In this document: piece after piece, positions 19,082 to 28,768 of the stretch
How the letters are laid out: each line of letters begins with the position of its first letter
How positions within the stretch are numbered: the stretch's first letter is position 1
Assembly (NCBI GenBank): GCA_031414775.1
Contig: JANOQI010000056.1
Coordinates: forward strand, 1-64,000
Direction: 5' to 3'
DNA length: 64,000 bases
From: Synechococcales cyanobacterium VAR_4_metabat_354
Lineage (GTDB): Bacteria; Cyanobacteriota; Cyanobacteriia; Cyanobacteriales; Chamaesiphonaceae
Notes under the pieces: generated by a model
What the model was told of the DNA's origin: nothing
The model's input: the letters and a program-made list of their open reading frames with translations, nothing else
The model's database searches: none
Made by a program: the position numbers and the translations under genes

Positions 19082-20241
19082 AGAGAATTTTTATCAGCAC
19101 TGGAGAAGTTTCCGGTGACTTACAAGGGTCTTTGCTAGTCAAAGCTCTCTATCAAGCTGCCCAGCGACAAAATATCGAAATTGAAATTGTTGCCCTGGGC
19201 GGGGACAAAATGGCTGCTGCTGGTGCCAAGCTGTTGGGAAACACTATTGGGATTGGCTCGGTGGGCATTGCGGAAGCTTTAGCTTTTGTAGGACCGACAG
19301 TAAAGGTACAACGTCAAGCGAAGCAGTATTTGCAAGTAAATCCCCCCGATGCGATCGTTTTGATTGACTACATGGGACCGAATTTATTCATCGGCAAGTT
19401 TGTTAAACAGACCTTCCCGAACATTCCAGTTTTTTACTACATTGCCCCTCAACAATGGGTGTATGCGTTCAGCGAAAAAGACACGCAAGCGATTATTGGT
19501 TTTACCGATCAAATCTTTGCGGTGTTTCCAGCCGAAGCAACTTTCTTTACAACGAAAGGTGGCAATGCTAAATTTGTTGGTCATCCGTTGATCGATCGGA
19601 TGGCAAATTGTCCGACGCGAGCAGAAGCTAGAAGCACGCTAGGTATTTCTGATGATGAAATTGCCATTGCCCTCATTCCAGCTTCGCGCTGGCAAGAATT
19701 GAAGTACTTGATGCCCGCGATTTTTGAGGCTGCCCAGCGCTTGCAAACCCAGTTACCCAAGGTCAGGTTTTGGATACCCTTGTCGCGAGAAGAGTATCGG
19801 GAATCGATTCAAAGCGCTATTAATCGCTATCAACTGCAAGCAACGTTGGTGTCTGATCAGCCCGATGCAGCCTTGGCAGCGGCAGACTTGGCTATTACCA
19901 AATCTGGCACGGTCAGTTTAGAGTTGGGGCTATTGAATGTACCCCATATGGTGATTTATAAATTTAGTCCCATCACTGCTTGGTTGGCACGTAATATTTT
20001 GCGCGTGACTTATCCCTTTATTTCGCCAGTCAATTTGGCCGAGATGAAGCCGATCATAACAGAACTAGTCCAAGAGGAAGCTAATCCTGATCGGATTGTG
20101 GAGGAATCCTTGGCACTCTTGCAAAATGCCGATCGACGGGCAAAAATGTTGGCCGATTATGCTGAAATGCGGTTAGCTTTTGGAACGCCCGGAGTATGCG
20201 ATCGAGTAGCGATCGAAATCCTAGAAAAGTTAACTGCCTAA
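19078..20241 (+). CDS. lpxB: lipid-A-disaccharide synthase
   Basis: GEVSGDL, YYIAPQ, FVGHPL, KSGTVSLEL. Confidence 0.96.
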   Translation: MKRIFISTGEVSGDLQGSLLVKALYQAAQRQNIEIEIVALGGDKMAAAGAKLLGNTIGIGSVGIAEALAFVGPTVKVQRQAKQYLQVNPPDAIVLIDYMGPNLFIGKFVKQTFPNIPVFYYIAPQQWVYAFSEKDTQAIIGFTDQIFAVFPAEATFFTTKGGNAKFVGHPLIDRMANCPTRAEARSTLGISDDEIAIALIPASRWQELKYLMPAIFEAAQRLQTQLPKVRFWIPLSREEYRESIQSAINRYQLQATLVSDQPDAALAAADLAITKSGTVSLELGLLNVPHMVIYKFSPITAWLARNILRVTYPFISPVNLAEMKPIITELVQEEANPDRIVEESLALLQNADRRAKMLADYAEMRLAFGTPGVCDRVAIEILEKLTA

Positions 20242-20297
20242 GACAGATCTTGTCATCACAACAATCAGCCGCAAATCTTGTTGAGACGTACTAGCTG

Positions 20298-20378
20298 TTA
20301 CTCCTCCGGATCTTCACTAGGTAGGTCGTACATGGTTGGCAATGTATTGACAGGTGATGCAGGGTAATTTTGGTACAT
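20298..20378 (-). pseudogene. N-terminal stub of a Uma2-family endonuclease gene
   Basis: MYQNYPASPVNTLPTMYDLPSEDPEE-stop matches the LPTMYDLPSEDPEE leader of cyanobacterial Uma2 proteins; GAGG upstream. Confidence 0.7.
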
Positions 20379-20441
20379 ACTTTCTACACCTCATACTTTT
20401 CCAATTCTAGCCCATCAAATCAGTCAATTTTAGTTCGCTAT

Positions 20442-21752
20442 TTACCACTCCAAATCCTTAACTAATTTCGGCACTGCCGCCGTCAATACCTCTGGTTTGC
20501 CAGCCGTCACCAACACATCATCTTCAATTCGCACCCCAATCCCTCGCCACTTATCAGCAATTTGCGGCTGATCTTCAGCAGCTTCAATATCCGGTGAAAT
20601 ATAAATCCCCGGCTCTACCGTAATCACATTGCCCGGCTGAAACTGATACCAAGCCTCCTCATTCAGCCGATAAGAACCGACATCGTGCACATCCAATCCC
20701 AACCAGTGACCAGTCCCATGCATATAGAAGTTCTTATACTTCTCTTCTTCTATTAGTTTTTCAACGGCACCAGCTAATAAGCCCAACTCCACCAGACCTG
20801 CCGTGATAACCTGTACCGCCGTTTTGTGAAATTCATCCCAAGTAGTTCCAACCACTACTTGATCAATACAAGCCAGCTGTGCTTTCAGCACTAATTCATA
20901 GATCGCTTTTTGCTCGGTGGTAAATTTACCATTCACTGGAAAAGTCCTGGTGATGTCGGAGTTGTAATAACCACAGGCACAACCAGCATCAATTAGTAGC
21001 AAATCACCATCTTCGATCGGACTATCGTTTTCGATATAGTGCAGCACGCAAGCATTCCCACCACTGGCCACGATCGAAGGATAAGCTGGTCCCATCGCGC
21101 CATTTTTACGAAACAGATATTCCATCTCAGCTTGCACTTGGTACTCATATTTACCAGGTCGAGCGAAACTCAGGGCATGAATGTGGGCTTCGGCAGCAAT
21201 GTTAGCCGCTTGGCGCAGCAAATGGATTTCCGCCTCAGACTTCACCCGCCGCAGAGCATGTAGAACAGTAGCCGGATCTTCGATCGACATCGGTCCAGTA
21301 CCCCTTTTTTGATAACCGAGGAGCAGATGTTGCCACTGCTGAATGATCTGTTTATTCAGATCTTCATCCCGTCCCATATGGTAATAAATACGATCGGCCT
21401 TGGTCAGATATTGTGGTAACTTCTCGGCTAACTCGCTAATCGGATAGGCTTCATCGGCTCCATATTCTTCCTTGGCGGCATCAACTCCTACCCGATAGCC
21501 CGTCCAAATTTCTCTTTCCCGTTCTTTTGGTCGCACAAATAAAATAAACTTATGTTCCTCTTGGTGCGGTGCCAAAACTGCTACCGCCCCATCTTCATTG
21601 AAACCAGTTAAATAGTAAAAATCACTCTCTTGCCGATAAACATACTCCACATCATTATGCATCACTGCCTGCGGCGCGCTGCCAAAAATCGCTGTCCCCT
21701 GACCAATTTTGGCCATGAGCTGGGCGCGCCGTTGCTGATATTCTGTCTGCAT
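20442..21752 (-). CDS. pepP: Xaa-Pro aminopeptidase
   Basis: DAGC..YNSDITRT, HGTGHWLGLDVHD, VEPGIY, GVRIEDD. Confidence 0.95.
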   Translation of the reverse strand: MQTEYQQRRAQLMAKIGQGTAIFGSAPQAVMHNDVEYVYRQESDFYYLTGFNEDGAVAVLAPHQEEHKFILFVRPKEREREIWTGYRVGVDAAKEEYGADEAYPISELAEKLPQYLTKADRIYYHMGRDEDLNKQIIQQWQHLLLGYQKRGTGPMSIEDPATVLHALRRVKSEAEIHLLRQAANIAAEAHIHALSFARPGKYEYQVQAEMEYLFRKNGAMGPAYPSIVASGGNACVLHYIENDSPIEDGDLLLIDAGCACGYYNSDITRTFPVNGKFTTEQKAIYELVLKAQLACIDQVVVGTTWDEFHKTAVQVITAGLVELGLLAGAVEKLIEEEKYKNFYMHGTGHWLGLDVHDVGSYRLNEEAWYQFQPGNVITVEPGIYISPDIEAAEDQPQIADKWRGIGVRIEDDVLVTAGKPEVLTAAVPKLVKDLEW

Positions 21753-21853
21753 AGCTAGAGTCTCATTTCATGAACTAACTTCTATTATGCCAAGATTTGC
21801 CGTCTCTTAAGAATAGAGAGCAGATCTTACTCTGTCTAAATCTGCAACGGAAT

Positions 21854-22141
21854 TTAGTAGCGAGCGCGAATATAATCTTTAGTGTCAATAACTCGTCCCT
21901 TGTAATTGCGGAAACGTCCCACATTAGCCACGGTATTTATCTTTTCGCTAGAGATCTTCAGATCGTTATTCGGCAAGTTTTCCTCTAAAGATAGAATCTC
22001 GGCGGTGCTGCTCTGTACACAGCCAACTGTCAGCTGCGGGTTAACAGCATTTGGGGGCGAACAGGCCAGACTGTTCGAGCTAACACCGACCAGCAAGAGC
22101 ATCGCAGAGGTACCAACGGCCAACAGATTAGAAATATACAT
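21854..22141 (-). CDS. small putative secreted protein
   Basis: Signal-peptide-like N-terminus, two Cys; no recognised family. Confidence 0.5.
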   Translation of the reverse strand: MYISNLLAVGTSAMLLLVGVSSNSLACSPPNAVNPQLTVGCVQSSTAEILSLEENLPNNDLKISSEKINTVANVGRFRNYKGRVIDTKDYIRARY

Positions 22142-22374
22142 GGGGGGCAGGGAGGAGAAAAAAGAGTGCTGATTGAGAAATCGCCATACCTCAGTACAAT
22201 TAAACCGAAATAATTGCCATCAGCGGTGATGCTTATCACTGTTATTCAATGCACTGAAAAATAGATTTTGTTACCTACTCACTGTTTAGGCGATCGCCAC
22301 TGATAGTGCTGTGATATTAATCAAGTATTAGTCTCAATTACTTACCTATTCACTATTCTGCTGCTTAGCTCCGG

Positions 22375-23097
22375 ATGAAATCTGCCATGAAGCCTCCAAA
22401 ACCTTACCAAAAAATACTGATTCAAGAATGTGGTGAACCACTAGTCCCCATACCGCTTCAGGAATTGGCCATCGTCGATCCCCATCCGTATATGGCTTGT
22501 GGAGCTGACTACGCTGGCAAATCACCTTACTATTTGAGAGCAGGTGTTGTCGATCAATTACAGCAAGCCCAAGCCTATCTGACCCAAATCCAACCGGGCT
22601 ACCGATTGCAAATCTTTGATGCCTACCGGCCAGTAGAAGTCCAGCAATACATGGTGGACTATACTTTTCAGGAAGTTTGCCAAACAAAACAAATGTCTCA
22701 ACCGACGGCCATTGAAGCAGCCGCAATTTGGCAACAGGTCTATCAAATTTGGGCAGTCCCCAGTTTTGATTTGGCCACGCCACCACCACATAGTACCGGG
22801 GCAGCGATCGATCTATCAATTATCGATGCCCAGCAGCAGCCCTTAGATATGGGTTCTCCGATCGATGAAATGTCCGATCGGTCTCAGCCTAATTATTTTG
22901 CCCCAGAACCAGACGGCCAGCTTTTCCACCAAAATCGGGAACTGTTGCGCCAAGTAATGGAAACCGCCGGATTTCAGCGGCATCCGGGAGAATGGTGGCA
23001 TTTTTCTTGGGGGGATCAGCTCTGGGCTTGGATCTCTCAGGAGAATAATCTGATGCGACCAGCGGTAGCTCGGTATGGTAGGTTAGTGAATAGTTAG
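22375..23097 (+). CDS. M15 D-alanyl-D-alanine dipeptidase (VanX/DdpX-like)
   Basis: DAYRP, PPHSTGAAIDL, EWWHF. Confidence 0.92.
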   Translation: MKSAMKPPKPYQKILIQECGEPLVPIPLQELAIVDPHPYMACGADYAGKSPYYLRAGVVDQLQQAQAYLTQIQPGYRLQIFDAYRPVEVQQYMVDYTFQEVCQTKQMSQPTAIEAAAIWQQVYQIWAVPSFDLATPPPHSTGAAIDLSIIDAQQQPLDMGSPIDEMSDRSQPNYFAPEPDGQLFHQNRELLRQVMETAGFQRHPGEWWHFSWGDQLWAWISQENNLMRPAVARYGRLVNS

Positions 23098-23111
23098 CCC
23101 CCAGTCTCATT

Positions 23112-23507
23112 ATGCGTATATACGTCATTCTCTTTAATGCCCGTACCGATAATGAAGGAATTCATTCCTTACAGTCGGGCGATCACAACGTCATCATGAT
23201 GTTTACCGAACAGGATGACGCGGAACGCTATGCGATTATGCTCGAAGCTCAAGATATGCCTAGCCCCTCCGTCGAGGAAATGGATGCTACCGAGATCGAA
23301 GAATTTTGTGCCTCGTCCAACTATGAATGTCTACTCGTCGAAGAAGGAATGCTGGTAGTTCCCCCTGAAAATAACGTCACCGAAACAGACTGGCAGGCCG
23401 ATGGTGAACATCGATCGCCAGAACTCAACAACGGTAGTGCTAGCAATCGCCCCAGTGATGGGATTGATTATGACCAGATTCGCCGACAATTAGAAGGCTT
23501 GATATAA
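23112..23507 (+). CDS. DUF3110 family protein
   Basis: NEGIHSL...DDAERYA.MLEAQD; upstream of murQ. Confidence 0.85.
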   Translation: MRIYVILFNARTDNEGIHSLQSGDHNVIMMFTEQDDAERYAIMLEAQDMPSPSVEEMDATEIEEFCASSNYECLLVEEGMLVVPPENNVTETDWQADGEHRSPELNNGSASNRPSDGIDYDQIRRQLEGLI

Positions 23508-23520
23508 ATTCGCTAGAACC

Positions 23521-24441
23521 ATGCCAGAACCATTGACCACCCGTGGACATTTGTTGACCGAACAGGTTAATCAACTCAGCCAAAACCTTGACCAGCTCAG
23601 TACTCTAGAGCTGGTCGATCTATTCAATACCGAAGACAACCAGACCATCAAAGCCATTGCTGGTGCTCGGCAAGAGCTAGCAATGGCGATCGAAGCAACA
23701 GCCACCGGAATGCGCCAAGGTGGCCGACTTTTTTATATTGGCGCTGGCACCAGTGGCCGTTTAGGAGTACTAGATGCCGCCGAATGTCCACCCACCTTTT
23801 GTACCCCGCCAGAAATAGTGCAAGGAATTTTGGCTGGGGGTACTGGGGCTTTGTTAAAGAGTTCAGAGGGCTTAGAAGATATTGCCGCTGATGGTGCCCA
23901 AGCGATGGCTGATCACCAGATTGGTCAACATGATGTGGTGGTCGGTATTACGGCTGGCGGTACCACGCCCTATGTCCACGGTGCTCTAGCAGCCGCTAAA
24001 ACGCGGGGAGCAATGACTGTTTTCATTGCCTGCGTACCGCTAGAGCAAGTGCCAGCCGCTGCTGATATTGATATCCGAGTGCCGGTGGGACCCGAAATCC
24101 TGACCGGATCCACTCGTCTCAAATCTGGCACTGTTACCAAAATGGCTTTGAATATTATTTCTACCGGTACGATGGTACAGCTGGGGAAGGTCTACGGCAA
24201 TCGCATGATTGATGTGGCTGTTACCAACAGTAAGCTACACGATCGAGCGCTGCGGATGTTGCAAGATCTAACTGACTTAGATCGACCAGCTGCTAGCGAT
24301 TTACTAGAAGCCAGTGGTCGATCGGTCAAGCTGGCGCTATTGATGCATTGGACAGGGATCGATCGAGTTAACGGACAAAATTTATTAGCTGCCCACCAAG
24401 GTCAGTTACGCCTAGCCTTAGCTGCCGCTAATCAATCTTAA
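23521..24441 (+). CDS. murQ: N-acetylmuramic acid 6-phosphate etherase
   Basis: GAGTSGRLGVLDAAECPPTF, GSTRLKSGT. Confidence 0.97.
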   Translation: MPEPLTTRGHLLTEQVNQLSQNLDQLSTLELVDLFNTEDNQTIKAIAGARQELAMAIEATATGMRQGGRLFYIGAGTSGRLGVLDAAECPPTFCTPPEIVQGILAGGTGALLKSSEGLEDIAADGAQAMADHQIGQHDVVVGITAGGTTPYVHGALAAAKTRGAMTVFIACVPLEQVPAAADIDIRVPVGPEILTGSTRLKSGTVTKMALNIISTGTMVQLGKVYGNRMIDVAVTNSKLHDRALRMLQDLTDLDRPAASDLLEASGRSVKLALLMHWTGIDRVNGQNLLAAHQGQLRLALAAANQS

Positions 24442-24458
24442 ATTCTCACTACAATCTA

Positions 24459-24752
24459 CTAGGCTTGGCCGCTGAGCATTGTCCATCGCTCGCGGTCACT
24501 AAGCTCCCCCATGTCGTAATCGATCGTTAACCGATTGGGCTTACAACGCTTGACCTGCACCTGAAGCACCTGAGCCTGTTCTGATTCCAAGTCTTCCACA
24601 TAACCAGCCTGAGCTAAATTTGCCACTTGGGCACTAGCAAAAGGGCCAAAGTAGTAAGTGCATTTAGGCTCAGCTGTGGAAATTTCCACCCACCAAGCTC
24701 GGCCTACAAGGTCTAGCGCGTTAGTCCAGATCTCTCCGATCTTTGTCGGCAT
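24459..24752 (-). CDS. DUF1816 family protein
   Basis: AWWVEI...CTYYFGPF; ATG at 24752 follows GGAG. Confidence 0.85.
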   Translation of the reverse strand: MPTKIGEIWTNALDLVGRAWWVEISTAEPKCTYYFGPFASAQVANLAQAGYVEDLESEQAQVLQVQVKRCKPNRLTIDYDMGELSDRERWTMLSGQA

Positions 24753-25018
24753 GTTGCTGCTCCAATAATTAAGTCTTAAAAGTCTACTGTGTCTGAATCG
24801 GCTGGTATCAAACTTTTCCATCTGATTCTAACTGGTAACGAAAATGAGCATTTCTACTCAATTTAGTACCAGTAATAACTATGGATCGCTCTTCGACATT
24901 AGGTTTTCACCATACCGATCACTTTTGATAGTGTTCACCAATCTTAATGGTTAATTACTATCATTCACAAAATCTTTGGTTGAATCTTTGCTAGAAGTCC
25001 AACTTGACTTTAACTCAA

Positions 25019-26491
25019 TTAATGAGCAGGAAGACGTATCATATTTGACCATCTTTGCCGCTGGATCTCATATAGGCTCATGGCTGCGGCTGTCGCCGCA
25101 TTCAAGCTAGCTGTTTTACCAGTGAGCGGGATCGAGACCAAGAAATCACAAGTGTTTTCGGTTAGCAGGCTCAGACCTTCGCCTTCAGCACCCACTACAA
25201 TCACGACCGGACCATCAAACTTTACGTCGTGAATGTTGGTAGTAGCAGTGGCAGTAGTGCCATAAATCCAGAATCCCGCCTCTTTCAATTCTTTTAAAGC
25301 CCGACTGAGGTTGGTAACTCTGGCCACCGGTAGATGCTCTAGAGCACCTGCGGCTACTTTTTGCACTACAGAGGTAATTCCTACTGCCCGACGTTGGGGG
25401 ATCACCATGCCTTGGATTCCTAATGCTTCAGCAGTCCGAATCATTGATCCCAGGTTCTGGGGATCGGTAATACTGTCGGCTACCAGGATGACGGCGTGAT
25501 CATTTACGGCTTTAGCTTTCTCAATTAGCTCACTTAAATCTATATAATGATAAGGAGCCACCTGAGCAACTATGCCCTGATGGTTACCACCATCGCAAAT
25601 CTGACTCAAGCGCCGGGGATCAACTTCATCAATGATCGCACCACTATCTTTAGCTTTGTTGATCAGTAAATTGAACTGGGGATCGTAGCGCAGTTTAGAG
25701 AGTAACCAAATGCGGTTAATCTGCCGACCACTCTCCAAAGCACTGAGTACTGGATGTTTACCGTAGAGGTAATCAGTTTGTTCAGTAGATTCTTCAATCT
25801 CTGATGGAGCTTGCTGATCAACGAATTTAGCTGGGCGATAACTATCATTTCGATCGAACCTATCAAAACCCCGATTTCTGTCGTCACCTTGATTATCTCT
25901 GTCGAATGATCTAGCTGGTCTGTCACTTCTGTCGCTGCCGCCTCGGCTATCTCTATCGAAAGATCTAGCTGGTCGATCACTTCTGTCGCTGCCACCTCGG
26001 CTATCTCTGTCGAATGACCTGGCTGGTCGATCACTTCTGTCGCTGCCGCCTCGACTATCTCTATCGAAGGATCTAGCTGGTCGATCACCTCTGTCGCTGC
26101 CACCTCGACTATCTCTATCGAAGGATCTAGCTGGTCTGTCACTGCGACCCCGATTGTCTTGATCGAATGGTCTAGCTGGTCTGTCACTACTACTGCGACG
26201 GTCTCGATCGAAAGATTTAGCTGGCCGCCCACCACCGTACTGACTGTCTCGAATGACCGGTTTCCGTGGTTGATTGTTACCGAATTTATCTGCTCTGCCG
26301 ATTGGTTTTGGTCGATCATCCTCTACAGGCCGATCGAAAGATCCCGTATCATCACGGCGGTCTCGGCGCGGACGATCAGGACGATCGCCTTCAAAACGGG
26401 GCGCGTCCGATCGATCTCGGGGCGCAGAATCATCACGGCGACTGGATTTAAATTTGCCACCCAATCGCGCTTTTCGTGGTTTGAACGTCAT
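25019..26491 (-). CDS. rlmB: 23S rRNA Gm2251 methyltransferase with long repetitive N-terminal extension
   Basis: HQGIVA, DPQNLGS..R, GAEGEG, SLNAA SPOUT motifs. Confidence 0.95.
   Translation of the reverse strand: MTFKPRKARLGGKFKSSRRDDSAPRDRSDAPRFEGDRPDRPRRDRRDDTGSFDRPVEDDRPKPIGRADKFGNNQPRKPVIRDSQYGGGRPAKSFDRDRRSSSDRPARPFDQDNRGRSDRPARSFDRDSRGGSDRGDRPARSFDRDSRGGSDRSDRPARSFDRDSRGGSDRSDRPARSFDRDSRGGSDRSDRPARSFDRDNQGDDRNRGFDRFDRNDSYRPAKFVDQQAPSEIEESTEQTDYLYGKHPVLSALESGRQINRIWLLSKLRYDPQFNLLINKAKDSGAIIDEVDPRRLSQICDGGNHQGIVAQVAPYHYIDLSELIEKAKAVNDHAVILVADSITDPQNLGSMIRTAEALGIQGMVIPQRRAVGITSVVQKVAAGALEHLPVARVTNLSRALKELKEAGFWIYGTTATATTNIHDVKFDGPVVIVVGAEGEGLSLLTENTCDFLVSIPLTGKTASLNAATAAAMSLYEIQRQRWSNMIRLPAH
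25895..26225 (-). repeat. 54-bp coding tandem repeat ([18 protein letters not shown]) x4 plus degenerate copies
   Basis: ctagctggtc recurs at 25911 and 25965 and continues with a 54-bp period. Confidence 0.95.
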
Positions 26492-26506
26492 AATGATATT
26501 TCTCAG

Positions 26507-26941
26507 TTAGGAAGTAGCAGGTACAAGGTTGATCTCTGCCAATAACTCTTGTAAACGCTGTGGATTAGTAAGATATAAATAGCCAATTAATGTTTCTAGA
26601 CTAGTAGCTTGCTGATAAATCTCTGGATCTAACCGGCGCGGACCACCACCGGCAGCATTGCGGCCACGCTTGAGCCAATTCAACTCTGGCTCAGTCAATT
26701 TTGGTAATAATATTTGCAAATGTTGAGCTTGAGTTTCAGCTCTAACTTGAGACACCACTTCTTGATGATAAGCATGAGAACGCTTCAACGGCAGCAAAAA
26801 AACAGTGCGCACATATAGTTCATAAACAGCATCGCCTAGATAAGCTAAAGACACTGGTGATAATTGATTAACAGGTATCACTCGATCGCCAATTACTGGT
26901 AAATTAGGCCATAAATTTTCCTCTTCACCCAAATCGATCAC
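26507..26941 (-). CDS. mrnC: Mini-ribonuclease III
   Basis: LAYLGDAVYELYVR, KRGRNA, YQQATSLETLIGYLY. Confidence 0.93.
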   Translation of the reverse strand: MIDLGEEENLWPNLPVIGDRVIPVNQLSPVSLAYLGDAVYELYVRTVFLLPLKRSHAYHQEVVSQVRAETQAQHLQILLPKLTEPELNWLKRGRNAAGGGPRRLDPEIYQQATSLETLIGYLYLTNPQRLQELLAEINLVPATS

Positions 26942-26998
26942 TAAAATTAATTAAGTAGTAAATAGACAAATGCATTGAACCAATATCATAGCAACTGC

Positions 26999-27036
26999 AA
27001 TGGGCAACTGTTATGAACATTCTGAAGTTGCCCATT
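26999..27036. other. intergenic hairpin with a perfect 11-bp stem
   Basis: aatgggcaact ... agttgcccatt. Confidence 0.7.
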
Positions 27037-27052
27037 TAGGTTGCTTGTTACA

Positions 27053-27421
27053 CTAGCTGGCTGATAGTTTTTCGACAGCTGTTTCCACCGAAGATTGCAA
27101 AGATAAAAACTGTTCGAGGCGAACCAGCTTCACAGTTTGAGTAACTCGTGCATTAGCCACAATTTGCAGAGTGCCTTCCAATGCCTGAGTCTTTTTCACT
27201 AGCTTTACTAATGCACCCAGGCCAGAGCTATCCACAAAATCGATTTTAGACAAGTCCAAGATAATATTGGCTGGGCCTTCATCAATCAGCTTGCCAATCA
27301 CTTTTTGAAAGGTTGGCTCGGAAAAAGCATCCAATAGACCAGTTAGTCGAAATAATTGACAATTATCTCTAACCTCTCTGGTACCGCGCAGACTGACGGT
27401 GAGAATAAGTGTTTCAGCGAT
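27053..27421 (-). CDS. STAS-domain anti-sigma factor antagonist, probable ATC start
   Basis: FVDSSGLGALV; open frame extends upstream through LTVSLRGTREV to ATC at 27421, 5 nt after GAGGAGG. Confidence 0.85.
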   Translation of the reverse strand: MAETLILTVSLRGTREVRDNCQLFRLTGLLDAFSEPTFQKVIGKLIDEGPANIILDLSKIDFVDSSGLGALVKLVKKTQALEGTLQIVANARVTQTVKLVRLEQFLSLQSSVETAVEKLSAS

Positions 27422-27485
27422 GATCGCCTCCTCATGGTTTCTGATTCAAATAGAGTTGAGAATATAACAGTCTTGGGGACACGAA

Positions 27486-28646
27486 TCAACTTTCTGTAAC
27501 AGTTTTTTGCGTACGGGCTTGGCGCATCTGATCAACAAACTGAGAAAACAGATAGTCAGCATCATGGGGGCCGGGGCTGGCTTCAGGATGATACTGCACC
27601 GAAAAGAAAGGTAAAGTCTTATGGCGTAGTCCGGCGATGGTTCGATCGTTCAAATTAAGGTGGGTCACTTCCACTTCGGCACTTATCGACTCGGCAGTGA
27701 GCGCAAAGCCATGATTTTGGCTCGTAATTTCCACTGGCTGCTCAGCTAGCCCCGCCGGTTGATTTAAACCCCGGTGACCAAACTTCAGTTTAAATGTCTC
27801 TGCCCCTAAAGCCAGACCTAGAATCTGATGACCCATGCAAATACCGAAAATCGGCTTTTGAGCCTGGAGTAATTCTTTGGCAGTGGCAATTCCCTCCGTG
27901 ACAGCAGCTGGGTCACCGGGACCATTAGAAAGAAAAATACCATCAGGATTGTGGCTAAGGATTTCAGCGGCACTGGTGTGGGCAGGCATCACTTTTACTT
28001 GGCAGCCATGACTGGCTAAGCGGTGCAAAATGTTGCGCTTGATCCCAAAATCTAAGGCAATTACCTTAAAAGTCTCACTGGTGATCGATCGATCCTGAAA
28101 TTCCCAGGCGCGATCACTAGGCGTTGACCAATCATAAGCAGTGGTAGTGCTAACCACATTTACCAGATTTAATCCATCCATGTGGGGCGCTGTTTGCACC
28201 TGAGCCAGTAACAAGGCGGGGTCTAAAATTTCACTAGAAATTGCCCCATTCATCGCCCCCACCACCCGCAGTTTTCGCGTTAGCGCTCTGGTGTCAATGC
28301 CGTAAATACCAGGAATGTTGTGCTGCTGCAAATAGTCGGGCAAGGATTGAGTCGATCGCCAATTACTAGGTCGCTGGCAAATGTTACGAGCAATCACTGC
28401 CTGAATTTGCGGCCGGTCGGATTCCTCATCGGCCTGATTCACGCCGGTATTGCCTAATTCTGGATAAGTAAAAGTAACAATCTGGCCATGGTAGCTCGGG
28501 TCAGTTAGAACCTCCTGATAACCAGTCATACCAGTATTAAAAACTACCTCACCTACTGTAGTACCGGTAGCCCCAAATGACCAGCCGCGATAAGTAGTAC
28601 CATCAGCTAAAACTAACAGTGCTGGTTGTGCAGAAGAAGCCGCCAT
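27486..28646 (-). CDS. carA: carbamoyl-phosphate synthase small subunit
   Basis: [38 protein letters not shown]. Confidence 0.98.
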   Translation of the reverse strand: MAASSAQPALLVLADGTTYRGWSFGATGTTVGEVVFNTGMTGYQEVLTDPSYHGQIVTFTYPELGNTGVNQADEESDRPQIQAVIARNICQRPSNWRSTQSLPDYLQQHNIPGIYGIDTRALTRKLRVVGAMNGAISSEILDPALLLAQVQTAPHMDGLNLVNVVSTTTAYDWSTPSDRAWEFQDRSITSETFKVIALDFGIKRNILHRLASHGCQVKVMPAHTSAAEILSHNPDGIFLSNGPGDPAAVTEGIATAKELLQAQKPIFGICMGHQILGLALGAETFKLKFGHRGLNQPAGLAEQPVEITSQNHGFALTAESISAEVEVTHLNLNDRTIAGLRHKTLPFFSVQYHPEASPGPHDADYLFSQFVDQMRQARTQKTVTES

Positions 28647-28768
28647 TGTGTCTGCCTGGAAATAAAGCGAGGCAATTATAGCATATGCCTGTGGTTGAGG
28701 CAGTTTCGGGAACTCTGGGTGACACCCCTTAGACTATATTGGAGTATGAATTATCAGTTTGAGGTGTC

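Noticed and set aside
25895..26225. CRISPR-like periodic repeat
   Set aside because: No unique spacers; the 54-bp period is in frame within rlmB; no cas genes in the window.
25663..26319. 218-aa alternative-frame ORF
   Set aside because: By-product of the stop-free tandem repeat in rlmB.
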